Source: Candidatus Eiseniibacteriota bacterium (GTDB taxonomy: Bacteria; Eisenbacteria; RBG-16-71-46; CAZEPH01). From it: a stretch of 8,631 bases of DNA. The notes under the pieces are model-generated. The model did no database searches. It had not been told where the DNA came from and was given only the letters and a program-made list of their open reading frames with translations. Location: contig JBGATO010000123.1 of the NCBI GenBank assembly GCA_044229145.1, positions 1-8,631 on the forward strand, written 5' to 3'. Shown piece after piece: positions 7,413 through 8,631 of the stretch; the first letter of the stretch is position 1; each line of letters begins with the position of its first letter. Position numbers and translations under genes: made by a program.

Positions 7413-7454
7413 GTCCGGGCGCCGAGTCCGGCCTGTCCGGCCCGGCGCCCGGAC
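7413..7454 (+). terminator. Hairpin downstream of the 6638 gene
   Basis: GTCCGGGCGCCG (7413-7424) and CGGCGCCCGGAC (7443-7454) form a perfect 12 bp stem, followed by AGTTTCC. Confidence 0.5.
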
Positions 7455-7486
7455 AGTTTCCTGGCGAACCCACAGCTTCTTGGCAG

Positions 7487-7515
7487 TTGACGAGCCTGCC
7501 ACGGCAGAGTAGCCT
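7487..7515 (+). promoter_or_regulatory. Putative sigma70-type promoter for the 7625 gene
   Basis: TTGACG (7487-7492), 17 nt spacer, TAGCCT (7510-7515), immediately after the hairpin that closes the upstream gene. Confidence 0.6.
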
Positions 7516-7624
7516 TTCGTCGACTTACCGCATCAAGGAAGACCTCTCGGGGATCCAGCCCCATCCTTCCTCTGCACCGTTGTCTGGTTCACCTGGCATC
7601 TTCGCGCCGTTTAGGAGGATCCCC

Positions 7625-8548
7625 ATGCAGTCTCGCTCCAAGGCCGCCGCCTTGTTGCTCTTGCTTCCTGCGCTATTCCTGGCCCGGCCGGCCCGCGCGC
7701 AGCTCACCTATGACCCGGTGTCCATCAGCGTGACGTCGCTCGGACACGGCAAGGTGGCGCTTTCCGTCACCGCGGGGCAGAGCGGCACGCCGAACGGATT
7801 CGCGCTCTGGTGGATGACCTCCGCCCAGTTCGCCTCGCTTGGCTACCAGTGGCCCGACAACTTGGTGACCGGCGAAGGCTGGGCCAAGTTCACCGGCATC
7901 CCGACGCTGAACGTGTTCGCTGGCGAGCCCGGCACCTTCGTCCTCGGCCCGAACCAAACGATCACCGTCGAAATCGGCGACCTCGCCGATGAAACCGGCC
8001 GCACCTCGAACATCGTGTCCGAGCTCGACTACGACGAGTCGTACGTGTTCTGTGCGTACGCGCGCGGCGACCAGACCATCGGCAACAGCCCGCTCTCGAC
8101 TACCGAAACCGGCGTGACGACCAACAGCGTGAACTGCACCTACACGGTCGGCTACTGGAAGAACCACACGTCGGCGTGGCACGTCTCGAGCCTCACGCTC
8201 GGCACCGTCAGCTACAGCGCGAGCCAGTTGCTGTCGATCCTCAACAAGCCGGTGGCCGGGAACGGCCTCATCTCGCTGTCGCACCAGTTGATCGCGACGA
8301 AGTTGAACCTCGCCAACGGCGCGGACCCGACGGCCGCCCTCCCGACGGTCAATGCCGCGGACGCCATGATCGGCAGCTTGATCGTGCCGCCGGTCGGCAG
8401 CGGCTACCTGTCGCCGAGCTCGACCTCGGGCTACACGCAGATCCTCGACAACTTCAACAACGGCGTCATCGGCCCGGGCCACTGCGGCAGCGTGACACCG
8501 GTGTCCCCGTCGACGTGGGGCGGCCTGAAGGCGCTCTACTCGCGATAG
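7625..8548 (+). CDS. Secreted two-domain protein (beta-rich N-domain plus CTxTxGYWKNH domain) with a TWGxxK C-terminal tail
   Basis: A perfect AGGAGG RBS (7613-7618) precedes ATG 7625 (307 aa). Signal peptide MQSRSKAAALLLLLPALFLARPARA|Q; Ser/Thr/Gly/Asn-rich composition typical of extracellular proteins; ends VTPVSPSTWGGLKALYSR*. Confidence 0.9.
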   Translation: MQSRSKAAALLLLLPALFLARPARAQLTYDPVSISVTSLGHGKVALSVTAGQSGTPNGFALWWMTSAQFASLGYQWPDNLVTGEGWAKFTGIPTLNVFAGEPGTFVLGPNQTITVEIGDLADETGRTSNIVSELDYDESYVFCAYARGDQTIGNSPLSTTETGVTTNSVNCTYTVGYWKNHTSAWHVSSLTLGTVSYSASQLLSILNKPVAGNGLISLSHQLIATKLNLANGADPTAALPTVNAADAMIGSLIVPPVGSGYLSPSSTSGYTQILDNFNNGVIGPGHCGSVTPVSPSTWGGLKALYSR

Positions 8549-8585
8549 GCAGCGACGCCGTCTCGGCGTCTCAGCGGCAACCAAT

Positions 8586-8621
8586 CGACGGCCCGGGAGG
8601 CATCCGCTTCCTGGGCCGTCG
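8586..8621 (+). terminator. Hairpin downstream of the 7625 gene
   Basis: CGACGGCCCGGGAGGC-atcc-GCTTCCTGGGCCGTCG forms a 16 bp stem with two G-U pairs on the + strand, about 40 nt after the stop. There is no U-tract. Confidence 0.6.
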
Positions 8622-8631
8622 TGGCTCGAGA

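Noticed and set aside
7487..7624. Upstream TTG start for the last gene
   Set aside because: That TTG is the predicted -35 box. ATG 7625 has a perfect AGGAGG and begins the signal peptide.

Overview
Very GC-rich bacterial DNA with six supportable protein-coding genes and no RNA genes, CRISPR array or mobile element. Left half (minus strand): a translationally coupled pair of exported multiheme c-type cytochromes. One is a complete 20-CxxCH protein (about 4416->2662). The other is a much larger protein starting at 2669 that runs off the left edge and is absent from the supplied ORF track; by manual translation it has at least 35 CxxCH motifs in 889 codons, built from a 72-74 aa tri-heme module that has also been duplicated as a ~660 bp, 9-heme super-repeat. 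Middle: a DinB-superfamily maleylpyruvate-isomerase-like gene (+) and an SRPBCC/AHSA1-like gene (-) converge on a hairpin. Right: two otherwise unrelated secreted proteins both end in an aligned 18-aa tail (VTPVxx[TS]TWGx[IL]Kx[IL][FY]x[HR]-stop), a candidate C-terminal sorting or anchoring signal. All family calls come from motif recognition by eye, not database searches.
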